Shown here: piece after piece, positions 36,336 to 49,403 of the stretch
Position numbering within the stretch: the first letter of the stretch is position 1
How the letters are laid out: each line of letters begins with the position of its first letter
From: Paecilomyces variotii
Lineage: Eukaryota
NCBI GenBank assembly: GCA_004022145.1
Contig: RCNU01000001.1
Length of the DNA stretch: 64,000 bases
Reading direction: 5' to 3' (one strand)
Position numbers and translations under genes: made by a program
Notes under the pieces: generated by a model
What the model was told of the DNA's origin: nothing
Database searches by the model: none
The model's input: only the letters and a program-made list of their open reading frames with translations

Positions 36336-37990
36336 ATGGCGGGCACACATGAAACGAGGCGTGGAAAAAAGGCGACCGGCGCTTCTAGTCAGAAACAGAA
36401 ACGACCGTCTTCAGATGTACGCAGTGGGAGTGTCAAACCACCAGGTCGTGACTCGGAGGAGCAAGGGACCTCCAGACCGCCGCGCGATGGAGTGAAAAAG
36501 ACGAAGAAGCAGGGAGACGCAGGTTCTAGCACACGGAGGGTGGTTTCTGCCGCGCTAGCTGACACCAAGACGACTGCATTGAACACAACGAATTCGCGCA
36601 CTATCGAGCGTTCTTCCACGCAGCGCACCCTCGATAAGGATAACTCTCTCAAGACTCGAACTATTAATCGGTAAGTACAATTCCTATCCGAATGGCGGAG
36701 CTGTTTTGTTAACGCAGAAGCAGAGATCGGTCGCTGAAGAGCACGAAGCCCATAAGTTCTGGTATCAAGACAGATTCCTCGAAAGCGAAGACAGCTGCTG
36801 TGGACAAGCCTTCGAATGGCAACACCAAGACAGCCCCGGCCCAAAGTAAGGGGCTTCGAAAACCTACTGGCTTTTTCTCCGCTTTGTTCGTAGCATCACC
36901 TGCTCCGAACCCGCAAAGAAAGTAAGATATATTTGCATTGCAGGGTATCTAGATCAGTATTAATGGATAAAGCAGAATAACATGCCTTACATGCTTTTCG
37001 GACGATATTCCTGTGAGCAAATCGGCTAAACTAGCCTGCTCTCACCGAATGTGCCATGCATGCCTCAAACGTATATTTACTCTGTCCGTAACTGATCCGC
37101 AGCACATGCCACCGCGATGTTGTACGTCTCAGCACATCCCCCTAAGGCACGTGGACAAACTCTTTGACACGAAATTCAAAATCAAATGGAACAAGAAATA
37201 TCAAGAGTACACGACAAAGAATCGCATATACTGCCCGACGAAGGGATGCGGTGAGTGGATCAAACCTGACCACATCTTTGTGGATACTAGCGGAGGTGCT
37301 TCTGGTGGCCGAAAGTATGGGAAATGCAGCCGATGTAAAACGAAAGTCTGCTGCACTTGCAATGGGATATGGCATTCTGGAAAAGAATGCCCGAAGGACG
37401 AAGATACGAAGAGATTTGTGGAAGTAGCGAAGGAAAAAGGATGGCAGAGATGTCACAGCTGTTCAGCTATGGTTGAGCTGAAAGAGGGCTGCAACCATAT
37501 GACATGTCGCTGCACGGCCGAATTCTGCATGATCTGTGGTTCCAAGTGGAAAACCTGTGATTGTCCGTGGTTCAATTATGGTGCTGCCGACGAGGGAGAT
37601 AGACTGAACTTCATGAACGTTCCCCAGCCGGTCAGAAATAATGTGGGTTATCAGGAAGAACTCGATCGAAGGAGAGAACAGGAACGGCAAGATGAGGCTC
37701 TAGCTCGACGAATGCAGTATCTTGGATTGTATCATCGTGCTGAACCAGATGAAGCTAATGATGGAGTCTTTGAGGTGGGTAATGCAACAGGCCACTTTAT
37801 GAATGAACACTTTCACTTGCGACCGACCGGAGCTACAGCTGGCGATGAAAGGCTTGCTAGACGAGCAACACACACTGGAGCTCGTCGCAATCGCAACATA
37901 GCAGCTGCGCGTTCGTACACGCCTTCGCCACCCCCGGATCGATCGAGGGAGCACCTGGGAAGGCGTAGGGATCTTCCCAGGCGAACGTGA
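36336..37990 (+). CDS. RBR (RING1-IBR-RING2) E3 ubiquitin ligase. Exons approximately 36336-36670, 36724-36921 and 36976-37990.
   Basis: RING1 CLTC..ACSHRMCHAC..PPRCC, IBR YCPTKGC..CSRC..CCTC..WH..C, RING2 QRCHSC..EGCNHMTCRC..FCMIC. Basic low-complexity N-terminus. Confidence 0.9.
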
Positions 37991-38314
37991 AATGGGAGCC
38001 GCTTGCTTTTGTAACTTTACGACTGTATGAGTGCCATGAAATTTCCAGGAATTATACCCTAGTTGAATCTACAATGACAAATGATTTATGGGAAAGAGCT
38101 TGTGTCTCCTTTTCCTAGTAGAAGTTCTCAACAAGAACCAGAGATCTAATCTTAAGGCAGAGTTCGAGCCTGACTATTAAGGCCGAAATGATTACCGGTT
38201 CTGGTCGGACTTATCATCCGGACTTAACGCGGGCCGCCAGCAAAATTGCGGATGCCAATGATGTCTCAATTCTCTACGCAACTTGATCGAGAGGAAAGAA
38301 AATAATAACCACTG

Positions 38315-40356
38315 ATGGGCATTCCGCATCTCACACGCCATCTGCTCCCGTACTCAGAGCCAGTCTACGTAGGCGATACTGATCGTACTGCAGAAGATGA
38401 GACCAGATGCCTCAGAAGAGTCGTGATAGATGGACCGAGTCTTGTCCATCATGTCTTCCACCGAATACTATCCTGGAGAGATGCTGATCTCAACCCAGTA
38501 GATGCCCAGCCTACACCTAATGAAGTAAGCAAGGGTGTATTGCTGTACTTGCTCCTTTTAAGACACAAAAACGTCCAGGTGTGAGTACATAACCGGCCTC
38601 TCTTAACTATCTTCTTGGCAATGATGCTGATCTAATAAGAGATCACATCTATTTCGATGGAGCCTTGCCTCTTGAAAAGCGCCAGACGCGGCTTTCGCGC
38701 ATGGAGAAATCAAGGAAGAAATTGGAAGATTTCTGCTCAAATACCAGAGGCGGATTCCGGGTATCGAGACCCTTGTTGCAGAAACGCCCAACGGTGCAAC
38801 TTCATCAAGTCATGTGCAGCCATAAGCCGGTAAAGAGATATATGGGCCTGTCTGAAAATCCGTTTATGGTGTCAGCGGTGTTCGAGGATCTTAAGCACCG
38901 ATGGAATTGGCGCAAGATCAAAACCACTGTCGAAGGGACCGGTATTTTTGAGACTCTTGGTGATGATGATGCTGCTGCTGCTGCTCATGATGCGGAATAT
39001 CCCTGGGCCGGTATCACCGAAATAGTACCCGGCGAGGCAGATATATACTGCGGTTACGCATCGAGACATGAGGGCTCGGCTGTTTTAAGCAATGATTCTG
39101 ACCTTCTGGTTCACGACCTAGGACCCAATGGGTCTGTGGTGTTTTTGGATACGGTTGAATTAACCAACTACGACCTGCACAATCCCCAGAACGGACGTAT
39201 TACGGCCATGGAGCTCCGCCCTACCGTCATTTCACGGAAGCTTGGTATCCCGAGCATTCTAGCACTAGCATATGAGCTGAAAAGTGACCAGCATGTAGGG
39301 CTGACTGAGTTAATACGGCGCTCGAAAGGAAGGGTTGGAGCACTTGCCGATACAGCAGCGTATCTTCGCTTCATGCAAGAGTACGAACCTATCAATCTCG
39401 ATGTATTGATTAAAACACCGGGAACCAGCGAGAGCCTGCAATCTCTTGATATCAGAATCGCAGAGCTATTCATGCAATACGAACTAGCCGGTTTCCAATC
39501 CGGGGAGGCCCCGCATATGTATCTCTCTATCTTGCATGAGGACCATTCCAGGCGTTGCGCATGGACTGAAGGGAAATATATACGACGTCTAGGATATTCA
39601 CTTCTGAACGCTTCATACCCATCCTCGAAAAGGTACCCGACGGTAGTCGAGTGTGTCCGTCGAGGAAACAGGATTTGCTTCGACACAATAACCCTCCACA
39701 GCGAAACACAAATACAGAACGAACTACAAGACCTCCATGATCGCCTATCTCAAATCGGAGCCCTTTTCAACGAAAACTACACTTCACCTCAATACTGGAA
39801 AATGGTATCCCTGAACGAGATATATCACCAAAGAAAATCAGATCCCGCCATCCCCCCAAATCGTACTGAACTGGAACGATTCCTCCTTCTCGGCCACACG
39901 GGCTCAGAACTACAATGGAAAGACATCCATATATTCGCCCAGATGCAATCAGTTCTTTACTCTTTGAGAATATTAGCGCAACTACTTCACGTTGCTATGC
40001 TTAGAGATTATCGGGTCGATGGCCTCCAAAACATACAGAGAATACTCTGTCATCTTCCACCGCTTCACGAGTTGATATCACTTCGTGAAGTACGATTGGA
40101 TGAATCCAAAGTAAAGGATTTTGTGCGTGGATTCTTTGAGCTGCAGGGACAAGCCGATGATAACGAATCGGATAGTGAGTTATCGGAGCCGAGGCCGGCT
40201 GAGATCGAAACTCGTGGTGATAACAACAAACGAGCCGCAGAGGAATGGACAGAGGTTCGGAGTGTACGGCGAGGACCAAAGGCAGATCCGCAGATTAGTT
40301 GGAAGAAATTATCCAACGGTCGGAATATAAACGTATATGACGTCCTCGGCAGTTGA
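38315..40356 (+). CDS. XPG/PIN-like Asteroid-family nuclease-domain protein. Exons 38315-38580 and 38640-40356.
   Basis: MGIPHL start, VVIDGPSL, YFDGALP..K, VPGEADIYC, VLSNDSDL. Intron 38581-38639. Confidence 0.88.
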
Positions 40357-40557
40357 CAGTTAATTAATTACTGAGCTCTGGCATCTCGACTTCATTTGCA
40401 TATGTAATGAATCTCTCTAGCAGCTACTCCGCTACATGAATCATGAAACTTTACGACTATAGTGAGTATTTTATGAATAATACATACAATACAACTAATT
40501 TTTATCATTGGCAAGGGTATGTAAACGCAGGACATGGGACTTTTAGCTCCTGTCCAT

Positions 40558-43500
40558 CTATCGTGCAGATCGCAGGAATCCGACCACTCCCCTGCAGTAG
40601 CTCATCAACGCCGCCAACCTCTTTGCTTCCCGCTGCTCCTCTGATTTCCAAACCGCCAGAGCCTCTCGCAGCATCTCAGCTACCTGATGCTCATCGTCTG
40701 TCGATGCTGACCAGTCCCCAAGAATATCAGCATGTACCTTCAGAAAGACGGCCATCCAGGCATTGACAAGTTCAAAATCTCTCTTCATCCGCAATCGCCC
40801 TGTTAATGCTGTAACAAAGTCTACCAGCTCGCATCGGCCACTGCGGATACGCGGATCAAGCGATCGGATCTCCAAGTCTGCCTTTGCTGGCGGTAAAGCC
40901 TTCAGAAACTCGACAAAGGGTTCGAAATTTCCTGATTCCGAGCCAGAACGCAGAAGTGCGTTAAAGCGAGGTCCACCAAGGCCGACCCCTTGCTCGCTTT
41001 GAATCCTAGCGATCCTCGAGCGCTCGGTTGCGGCATCGTTCGAAGAGGGTTTACCAGCCTTGCCATTTTCAGCACCTTCAACTGCTGCGTTCGTGTCGTC
41101 TTTCCCAAGGAGAGACGGAAGGAAAAAGGGTGCCTTTTCCGGTGCCTTGGGAGCCTCTTTCGGCTTATTGCGCTCCTGCAACTTGGTTAGTCGGAATAGC
41201 TACGAGATTTCCCAATAGTACGTACCTTGATAACATCCAAATGCAACAGAGTCTGCCATCTACTCCTGGGGACAACACTAAGTGTCATCATTTCTTGACT
41301 TAACTGCTCAAAGGATAGGACCGGCCCTTCTCGCTCCTCGTCGCCATTATTGTCGTCGAAGGCAGCCTCGATCGTACCCGCACCATTCTCACCAGATGCT
41401 GTAGGAGCTGCAATCTCGGCAATATCATCCTCGTCGATATGTCTGGTCGGTATATGCGCAAATAGGCTTCGATTGCTCCAGAGGTTGATGCCTACACCGT
41501 CTGCATGAGCGGTAGCCAAGAATTCACCCGTGCTTGAGAAAGACAACGATGTGCATGTGCTAGCCACCCGGAAGGCATCAATTAAATGGCCGGTGGGCAA
41601 ATCCCATATCCTGATGATCGAATCCATCGAAGCCGCAACGATCCATCGGCCATCGTTGGAGAAGCAAAAGTCATTGATCTGACCGATGCATCCCCAGAAC
41701 TCACGAACAACTTTCATGGTCTCGATGTCCACAACACGAATTGAGAGGTCATCACAGCTGAAGGCTACCAAGTCGCTTGCGTTGCTATATCTTAAACCAA
41801 CAATAGCTGTCATAGGATGCCAATCCAACTCGTTGATCAAGCGCCCCGAAAGGAGGTCCCAGAACTGCAAAGAGTGTCAATACTTTCCCCTTATACTGAA
41901 TAGGATCACAATTACTGTACCTTTACTTTGCCGTCGAGACCGCAGCTCACCACTGTTCGGTTAAGGGAGTCTACCATGATGCCTGTCACTTCCTTGGTGT
42001 GTTTGCCTTCGCCTGCTGCGAACTTCTTCAAGGAATTCGAGGTCGTAGTTCCAAGCTTCCTCGGATTCGAAATGCGAGCAGGGAAGCTCTGACGATGCAT
42101 GCCCGACTGCAAGTTGAACATGTCGATGCTACCGCCCGCCGAACCAACAAGAGCAAAGGTCCCACATGGTGAAATAGCCACACTCTGTAGAGCAATGTTA
42201 GCAAGGGACAGCTGTAAAGGCGTGTAAACCTGGTCTCTTACCTTGACTTCTGTTCCATCACCAGTTTCGAAGGCCCACCGACCGGCCTTTTTCTTCCCCC
42301 AGAACCATGTACGAGCATACTTATCCCCTTTATGGCCGGTCACAATGCTCTCCCATCCAAGAACACTGGAAGCTTCCGCCTCGGTGCCTCGCGTATTTGA
42401 CCAAACAGGACCGGAAGCCGCAACTGCCATCCCACCATCACGGTTCAAAGAGCATGCCATGCAAGTGATCTCTGGAGCTTTGAGGTCTTCTGATTTTACA
42501 GATTCTCCGGACCGGCCACGGGTACCAGCAAGTTTTTTTGCGGTACTCTTGACGTTTCCTTGAGAGAGTTCAGTATTTTGCCCATCCTTTCGCAGACTGA
42601 ATCCCCATAAACTATGATCTTTGCTTGCACTTAATAGCCACTTTCCGACTGACTCTGACCCATCAGATGGGGCGGGCAAGAAACTGAGGGCAGTGACCGC
42701 TGCGGAATGGCCGCTTCTTGAATGGAGCAATCGTGGAATCGGTGAGAATGGCGTCTCCTCAAATATCCAAGTCCGCAAAGCGTTATCTTTTCCTGAAGAT
42801 ACCATGATAGGCTGGCCATCAAGGAACGCGATTCCACTGATTCCAGACTCCTTATCATGGGACGACGTTTCGTGAGCCCCGCGGAGGATACCAGTTATCC
42901 GACCCCCGAAATTCAGATCCCACATGGTAATATCGCCACTATCCGCTGCAGCCGTTGCCATGACCCCAGACTTTCTGCCATCCTCACCTGCACCCAAGCC
43001 ATCGGTTCGGAAAGCGATTGATGTCACTGCGGCAGCTTTTGTAGAACTTGATCGCAATGATAGTACGCTTTGATCCGTCTCCACATTATGAATTGATAGA
43101 AAGCCGTTCTTATAAGCAATAGCGATCAATGAGAGGGCTGGCGTCGGCTCCAGCGTGGTAACCGGTCCTGTGTTGGGTGCCGTCGGAAGGATAGAATAGA
43201 GCAATTTTCCGCTGCTCACGTTGTAGATATCCACGCTACCGTCGAACTTGCCCACGAAAATCTTGTTGAGATATGTAGGCATAGTGCACATCTTTCCAGT
43301 GAAGACCTGCTTTTCAGAGAGCCCTCTGGATTCGGCCGGAGTCAAGGTGGTGTAATGCTCATAGGATACCGACTTCCAGACATGGATACTTCTGCCACAC
43401 CGTCCGACAATCCAGGAACCAAAAACGAGGATCTGCTCAACGGGCTCAACAGGCCCGGGGGGGCTTTGCAACTCCGCTACCTTTTTACCTCGTTTGAATA

Positions 43501-43930
43501 TCCAGACTCCGGCAGGCGATCCAGGTCGCAGGCCTCCCCATGCTGCAAAAACCGCGTCTTTCCAGGCATACGTCGCCGTGATTATGTCCGGTGTCTGAGG
43601 ACGAGTGAGGAAGACAAGATTGAGTCCACGGCGTAGATCGTAGGTCTGCAACGAGCGTCCCACCGAAGTCGTAATCTGGAATGTCGACTTTCCCAACCGG
43701 ACAGCAGTGAATGGGACATCTGTCGGTGATACCAATCCTAGAGTCTAGATGGAGATCAGTTCGAGGATTCTCTCTGTCCTTATCCACGCACGCTCTGCTT
43801 GACTTACTCTGAAAGGAGAGAAGATCTCAGAACCTGGCCGCCGGATCTTTTTCTGTGCGTCTTCATCCAGAATTCTCTTTTGTCTTTTCGCAGAAGGTCC
43901 ATCGTACCGCTCACCATCGATGGACGGCAT
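40558..43930 (-). CDS. UTP21: U3 snoRNP / SSU processome WD40 protein Utp21. Exons 43930-43808, 43744-42242, 42184-41921, 41864-41226 and 41175-40558.
   Basis: SEIFSPFR/TLG, WD repeats, RSGHSA, FNLQSG, PKAPEKAPFFLPSL, PAKADLEIRSL, DFELVNAWMAVFLKVH. Confidence 0.95.
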
Positions 43931-44911
43931 TATTGCGATTTAAGACGAGAGGAATCCAACAATGCACGATAAAAAAAACAAAACAAAATACCACAAGTAA
44001 GACCGGCAGAAAATAGCCTCTGGCCTTCTTTGGATCGACACGCGAAGGTCAGATCTGCGATGAACGACTGTTGTTATGCTGCATGCGCCGCCTTAACTAT
44101 TTTTTGCGGACAACTTTTTTTCTTCGGCTCTCTCTCTCTCTCTTTTTCCGCCTAACGAATCAGGCAAGCGGGAGAAGCTCTGCAAACAGAGATTATTATT
44201 GAATTCCACCAAGCTCTCGGCTATGCTCGTTCGAGTATCGCTCAGTGATTTTCCCCGGTACAACCTCGCGCTCACTAACTCATCTCAGATCGCTAAAATC
44301 GGATTCTGGGACCTGCGATGATTCCTGCCAATAGGACGAGATCCAGTTCACCGACCCACTGGGACATGATGTTGCGCAATGGAAGAACTCAACCATGAGA
44401 GCCACTGTGGCAATCGGAGGTTGAATTGGCAGAGCAGAAAAGCAGTGGACTGAAGTCTGGAAACCACTTTGATGTTGGTCTCCCTCGTTAGGAGTTCTCA
44501 TGATAAGATCGCCCCAGCAGCGATCTTCCCCAAGGCGTCAGCTGTCTCCCGTCATTACCGCAGTCAGTCTTGGAGTGTTCTATACTGCAGTCCACTGTGC
44601 GTTGTAAGGACTGTAGGTGTGTGTCCAATCTCTCCCTACAGAATTGGCCTTTGACGCAGCAAGTACTGAGCCAAGCGATCCAGCAGGACCCTAAGAAAGG
44701 AAAAGAGCTTCTCCTCCAGACGTCTTGCCAACAACACTGCCAACCTTTCTGAGAACAAGAACGCTGCCAATCTCCAGAGCACCCATTCTAAACCTTCAAC
44801 TGCGATCCGCCATCTTGTTTCTGGTCTCATACATTCTCTCTCTGAGCTGTCCCACGGATAAGCAAGCTTTTTGTGCCTCACGCCGATCGATTGTCTATCG
44901 CAAAGAGTGCG

Positions 44912-47900
44912 ATGGATGACGAAGGGAGTGTATCTCCCTTCTCTCAGAGTCATGGGAATGATTTACAGGATTCGATAACCGCCAGTGATTTTTCGGCCTC
45001 GCGCCCGTCTATATTGGCCCCTCATCACCCCGCCCTGGGATCCCAGGTACCCGGAGGTGATCAGCCTTCCGATGTTTTGGCTACCGCCCGTGCTTCTCGG
45101 CCTGCACGTTCGTCGAGCAGGACACCCAGAAGGCTGAGCGGCAGCACAGCTGCTAGTTCCATCAGCGATATAGACCAGCAAGTTCCAATTATAGGGAAGA
45201 TCGGGGTCTGCGCTCTCGATGTCAAGGCTCGTAGCAAGCCAAGTCAGAACATCCTCACCCGTCTCCAATCGAAAGGGGACTTTGAAGTGATTGTCTTTGG
45301 AGATAAGGTCATTCTTGACGAGGCCGTGGAGAATTGGCCCGTTTGTGACTTCTTGATTGCATTTTTCTCTGATGGATTTCCTTTGGACAAGGCGATTGCC
45401 TATGCGAAACTGCGGAGACCATTCTGCATCAACGATCTGCCTATGCAGAAAGTCTTGTGGGATCGCCGATTATGCCTGAAGATCTTGGATCAGATGGGGG
45501 TTCCGACCCCCAAGAGAATCGAGGTCAATCGTGACGGTGGGCCGACGCTTGAGTCTCCAGAACTTGCTCAGCACGTCTATAGGCTGGCAGGGGTTCGGCT
45601 CGAGGGCCCAGAAGACGGGACAGGAGGCGGGGCTGCGAAATCTCAAGATGTGTCCTTGTCTGAAGATGGAGAAACACTCATTGTTGATGGCAAGACCTTT
45701 CGCAAACCTTTCGTCGAGAAGCCGGTCAGTGGAGAGGACCACAATATTCACATATATTTCCCCAATGATCAGCAATACGGCGGTGGTGGCAGGAGACTGT
45801 TCCGCAAAGTTGGCAATAAAAGTTCTGAATATGACCCCGACCTTGTCGTCCCGAGGTCTATCACGGACAAGACTTCCAGCTATCTTTATGAGCAGTTCTT
45901 GAGGGTCGACAATGCCGAAGATGTCAAGGCTTACACAGTAGGCCCGGACTTTTGCCATGCAGAGACACGCAAGTCCCCTGTTGTGGACGGTCTAGTCCGT
46001 CGGAATACCCATGGCAAGGAATTAAGATACATCACTAAACTCACCAAGGAAGAAGCTGCCATGGCTTCAAAAATCTCCAACGGCTTCGGTCAGCGAATCT
46101 GTGGGTTTGACCTCCTGCGTGTGGGCGAAAGGAGCTACGTTATTGATGTCAACGGATGGAGCTTCGTCAAAGACAACAATGACTACTACGACAAATGCGC
46201 AAAGATACTGAGAGAAATGTTCATAAATGAAAAGCGTAGGCGTGATGGGTTGCTGGAACAAGGGGAACAACCGTCACCTGAGTTTGGCCATGGCCATTCC
46301 AGAAGAAGCACTGCAAGCTCCCACAGAAATACTTTGAAAACTTTGCTCAAATCACCGAGTGTGTCCAGGCTTCATGGGTCTCACCATGGTCACAAACCAC
46401 ATGGAAATATTCCTTCAGATGTCATAGGCGCCCCGGTGTCATCCTCGGTTCATGACAGTAGGGACGTCTCTCAGAATCAAACCCCGAACTACAGTGGAGA
46501 TGATTCCCAAACTTCTCGAGACATACATGACATTACGAATCTGTCGCCCGAGTGTGCTACACCGGAGCCTGAACCCGAGATACCTGCTCCCCCGCCTCCT
46601 GCTTCCAAGCATTCGTGGAAATTGAAGGGAATGGTAGCCGTGATTCGACATGCAGACCGTACGCCGAAGCAAAAGTTCAAGTTTACATTCCATAGCCAAC
46701 CATTTGTTGATCTGCTGAAGGGACATCAAGAGGAGGTCGTCATCAAAGGCGAGGCCGCACTCGCCAGTGTCTCCAAGGCTGTCAGAGTCGCCATGGAACA
46801 AGGACTAGAAGACCCGGATAAGCTGAAGCTGCTTCGGACTTCACTTGAGAGAAAAGGAGGCTGGCCCGGAACCAAAGTCCAGATCAAACCGATGTTCCGT
46901 AAAAGGAAGCCCGAAGAATTGCGTGAGGGTCCTGCCCCAACCGAGCAAAACCACCTTACCGCTCAAACGCCTGAAGAGCCTACCTCACCTGTTTCAGACG
47001 ACAAGAGGGAGAGTAGACTGAATCGCTCGGAATCACGAAGCGATTCTATCTCTGGAACAACGTTCTCCAGGTTCTCTGCTGCAGAGAACGACCTGGTATT
47101 AGACAAATTGCAACTTGTCATCAAATGGGGAGGAGAGCCCACTCATGCAGCTCGCTATCAGGCACAGGATCTAGGCTTGAATATGAGGGACGATCTAAAA
47201 TTAATGAACAAGGAGGCATTGAATGATGTTCGAATTTTCACTAGTTCAGAACGAAGGGTCAGCACCAGCGGTAAGTCCAGTCCCTTAGACTATTTTTTCC
47301 TCTTTTATACTATACATGTGCTGATTTCAAGTAGCTCAAATATGGGCATCTGCATTTCTGGATAGGAAAGAGCTTCCTGAAGATTTTATACAAGTGCGAA
47401 AGGATCTCTTGGATGATTCCAATGCCGCAAAAGATGTCATGGACAGAGTCAAAAAGAAGTTGAAAATACTTCTACGAGAAGGCTCGGCTCCTTCGCAGTT
47501 CACGTGGCCGAAAGAGAATATCCCAGAGCCCTCCGTCGTCCTAGCTACGGTGGTCGAGCTCATGAAGTTCCATCGAAGCGTTATGCGATACAATTTCCGA
47601 AAGATCGATGAATCCGCGCGCTCATTGAACGCGTCCAGAGACGACGAGAGCGCATCAGCATACCAGTCTAAATCTGATAATCCCGCCGTGGCCGCGATTC
47701 AGGGTCGTTGGTGCGCGGGAGAAGACGCGGATCTCTTCAGAGAAAGATGGGAGAAGCTGTTTGCTGAATTCTGTGATACAGAGAAGGTTGACCCTAGTAA
47801 GCTCTCTGAACTATATGACAGCATGAAATTCGACGCTCTGCACAATAGGCAGTTCCTTGAGTGGGTTTTCATGCCTCCGGACAATCTCAGCGGTGAAGAC

Positions 47901-48809
47901 GGCGATGTCTCGCCGAAAGCAAACGAGTCTACAGGCGACCTCAACGGAGACAACAAGTCTGAACGCACGGCTTCGCTGGCTTCTCATGATAGAAGCGAGG
48001 AGAAGTCTGACGGTCATTCCTTTGCGCATCTCATAGGTTTGAGGAAGAGAGCAATGGCGTTAGATTCGATATCCGCCGTTGGGGCTATTGAGGATTCCTA
48101 CGACCACTACTTCAAACTCTATACCGGTTCTGGTGCCACGAGAGCCAAGATGGATGAGCGCTTGTCTAAACTGAGAGAGCTGTACAAGTTGGCAAAGGTG
48201 CTCTTCGACTACGTCACTCCACAGGAGTATGGTATCAAAGATAGCGAGAAGCTCGAGATCGGCCTTCTCACATCCTTGCCTCTCCTTCAGGAAATTGTCA
48301 GGGACTTGGAAGAAGTTCAGGCTTCTCCAGAAGCCAAGTCCTTTTTCTACTTCACGAAGGAGTCGCATATCTACACTCTCCTGAATTGCATTTTGGAAGG
48401 CGGGATACAGACTAAGATCGCAAGGAGTGCGATACCGGAGCTCGACTACCTCTCGCAGATATGTTTCGAACTGTACGAGGCCAAAGATAGCGAGTCTGAG
48501 ACGTATTCGTACTCAATTCGCATCTCGATCAGCCCCGGATGCCACACCTTCGATCCTCTAGATGTGCAGCTTGATTCGAGACACGCAATCGGCTGCGCAC
48601 CGAGAAGGAGTCTGACCGCTCATCAGGATTGGAAAGAAGTTATCGAGACGCTGAAAGCCAAATTCAATACGTAAGGAAATTCGACTCTCCTGCTACGACG
48701 TTTGCTGACTGTTGCCTTCAGTGTAAAACTTCCAAAGACGTTCATCGCCGTGAACTTGAGTGATAAGCATGCGCCCAAACCAGACGAGAAATCAGGCCTT
48801 TCCGGATAA
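44912..48809 (+). CDS. VIP1: Inositol hexakisphosphate / diphosphoinositol-pentakisphosphate kinase (Vip1/Asp1/PPIP5K). Exons 44912-47270, 47335-48670 and 48722-48809.
   Basis: ATP-grasp kinase motifs ([41 protein letters not shown]) plus histidine-phosphatase motif [10 protein letters not shown] and FYFTKESH. Confidence 0.96.
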
Positions 48810-49403
48810 GTCTCCGTCATGTTTGGACATTCTGCTCTATTGGATAGGCCCATCCGCAGAGCTGGATGGCTAATTGCACCTGCTGTCCCCGGTAGATGTC
48901 TATAGTGATCTACATATACAAAGAAAGCCAATTGTAAATATATCATAATCAAGGAATTGATATCAAGCTCCCTCCAGTGAGAGGCAGGGCAAGTCCTATA
49001 GTTAGGTTACATTCGAATGGGTCCTGGTTCTCCTAGTGACTTATCACGCAATCAAGATGCTCCCTGAGCAATGTTGTAGTTGTAGTTGTTCAGCTGCCCA
49101 GCTGGTAGTTATTTGGCTTCGGGGACTCAGCCCCTCTCCGATTCCGACCCCACCATGTAATCAGGCCGCCGATAAGCCTCAGTAATCAACAATGGCACAT
49201 TATATCCGTTTGAATATCTCACTGTAAAGACAGTCTTTTCGACTAAAGAGAAAAAGAATCATATTTAAGCCTGTCAGGTCTAAGAATCGAAATCGCCCTG
49301 GTAAGTATGCTATGGGGGTCTTAACCATCATGATCCCGCCTTGAAACGCCCAGTGTCCCCCGAGAAATAATCCATAAACTGATATGGTTCTTTTGTATAA
49401 TAG

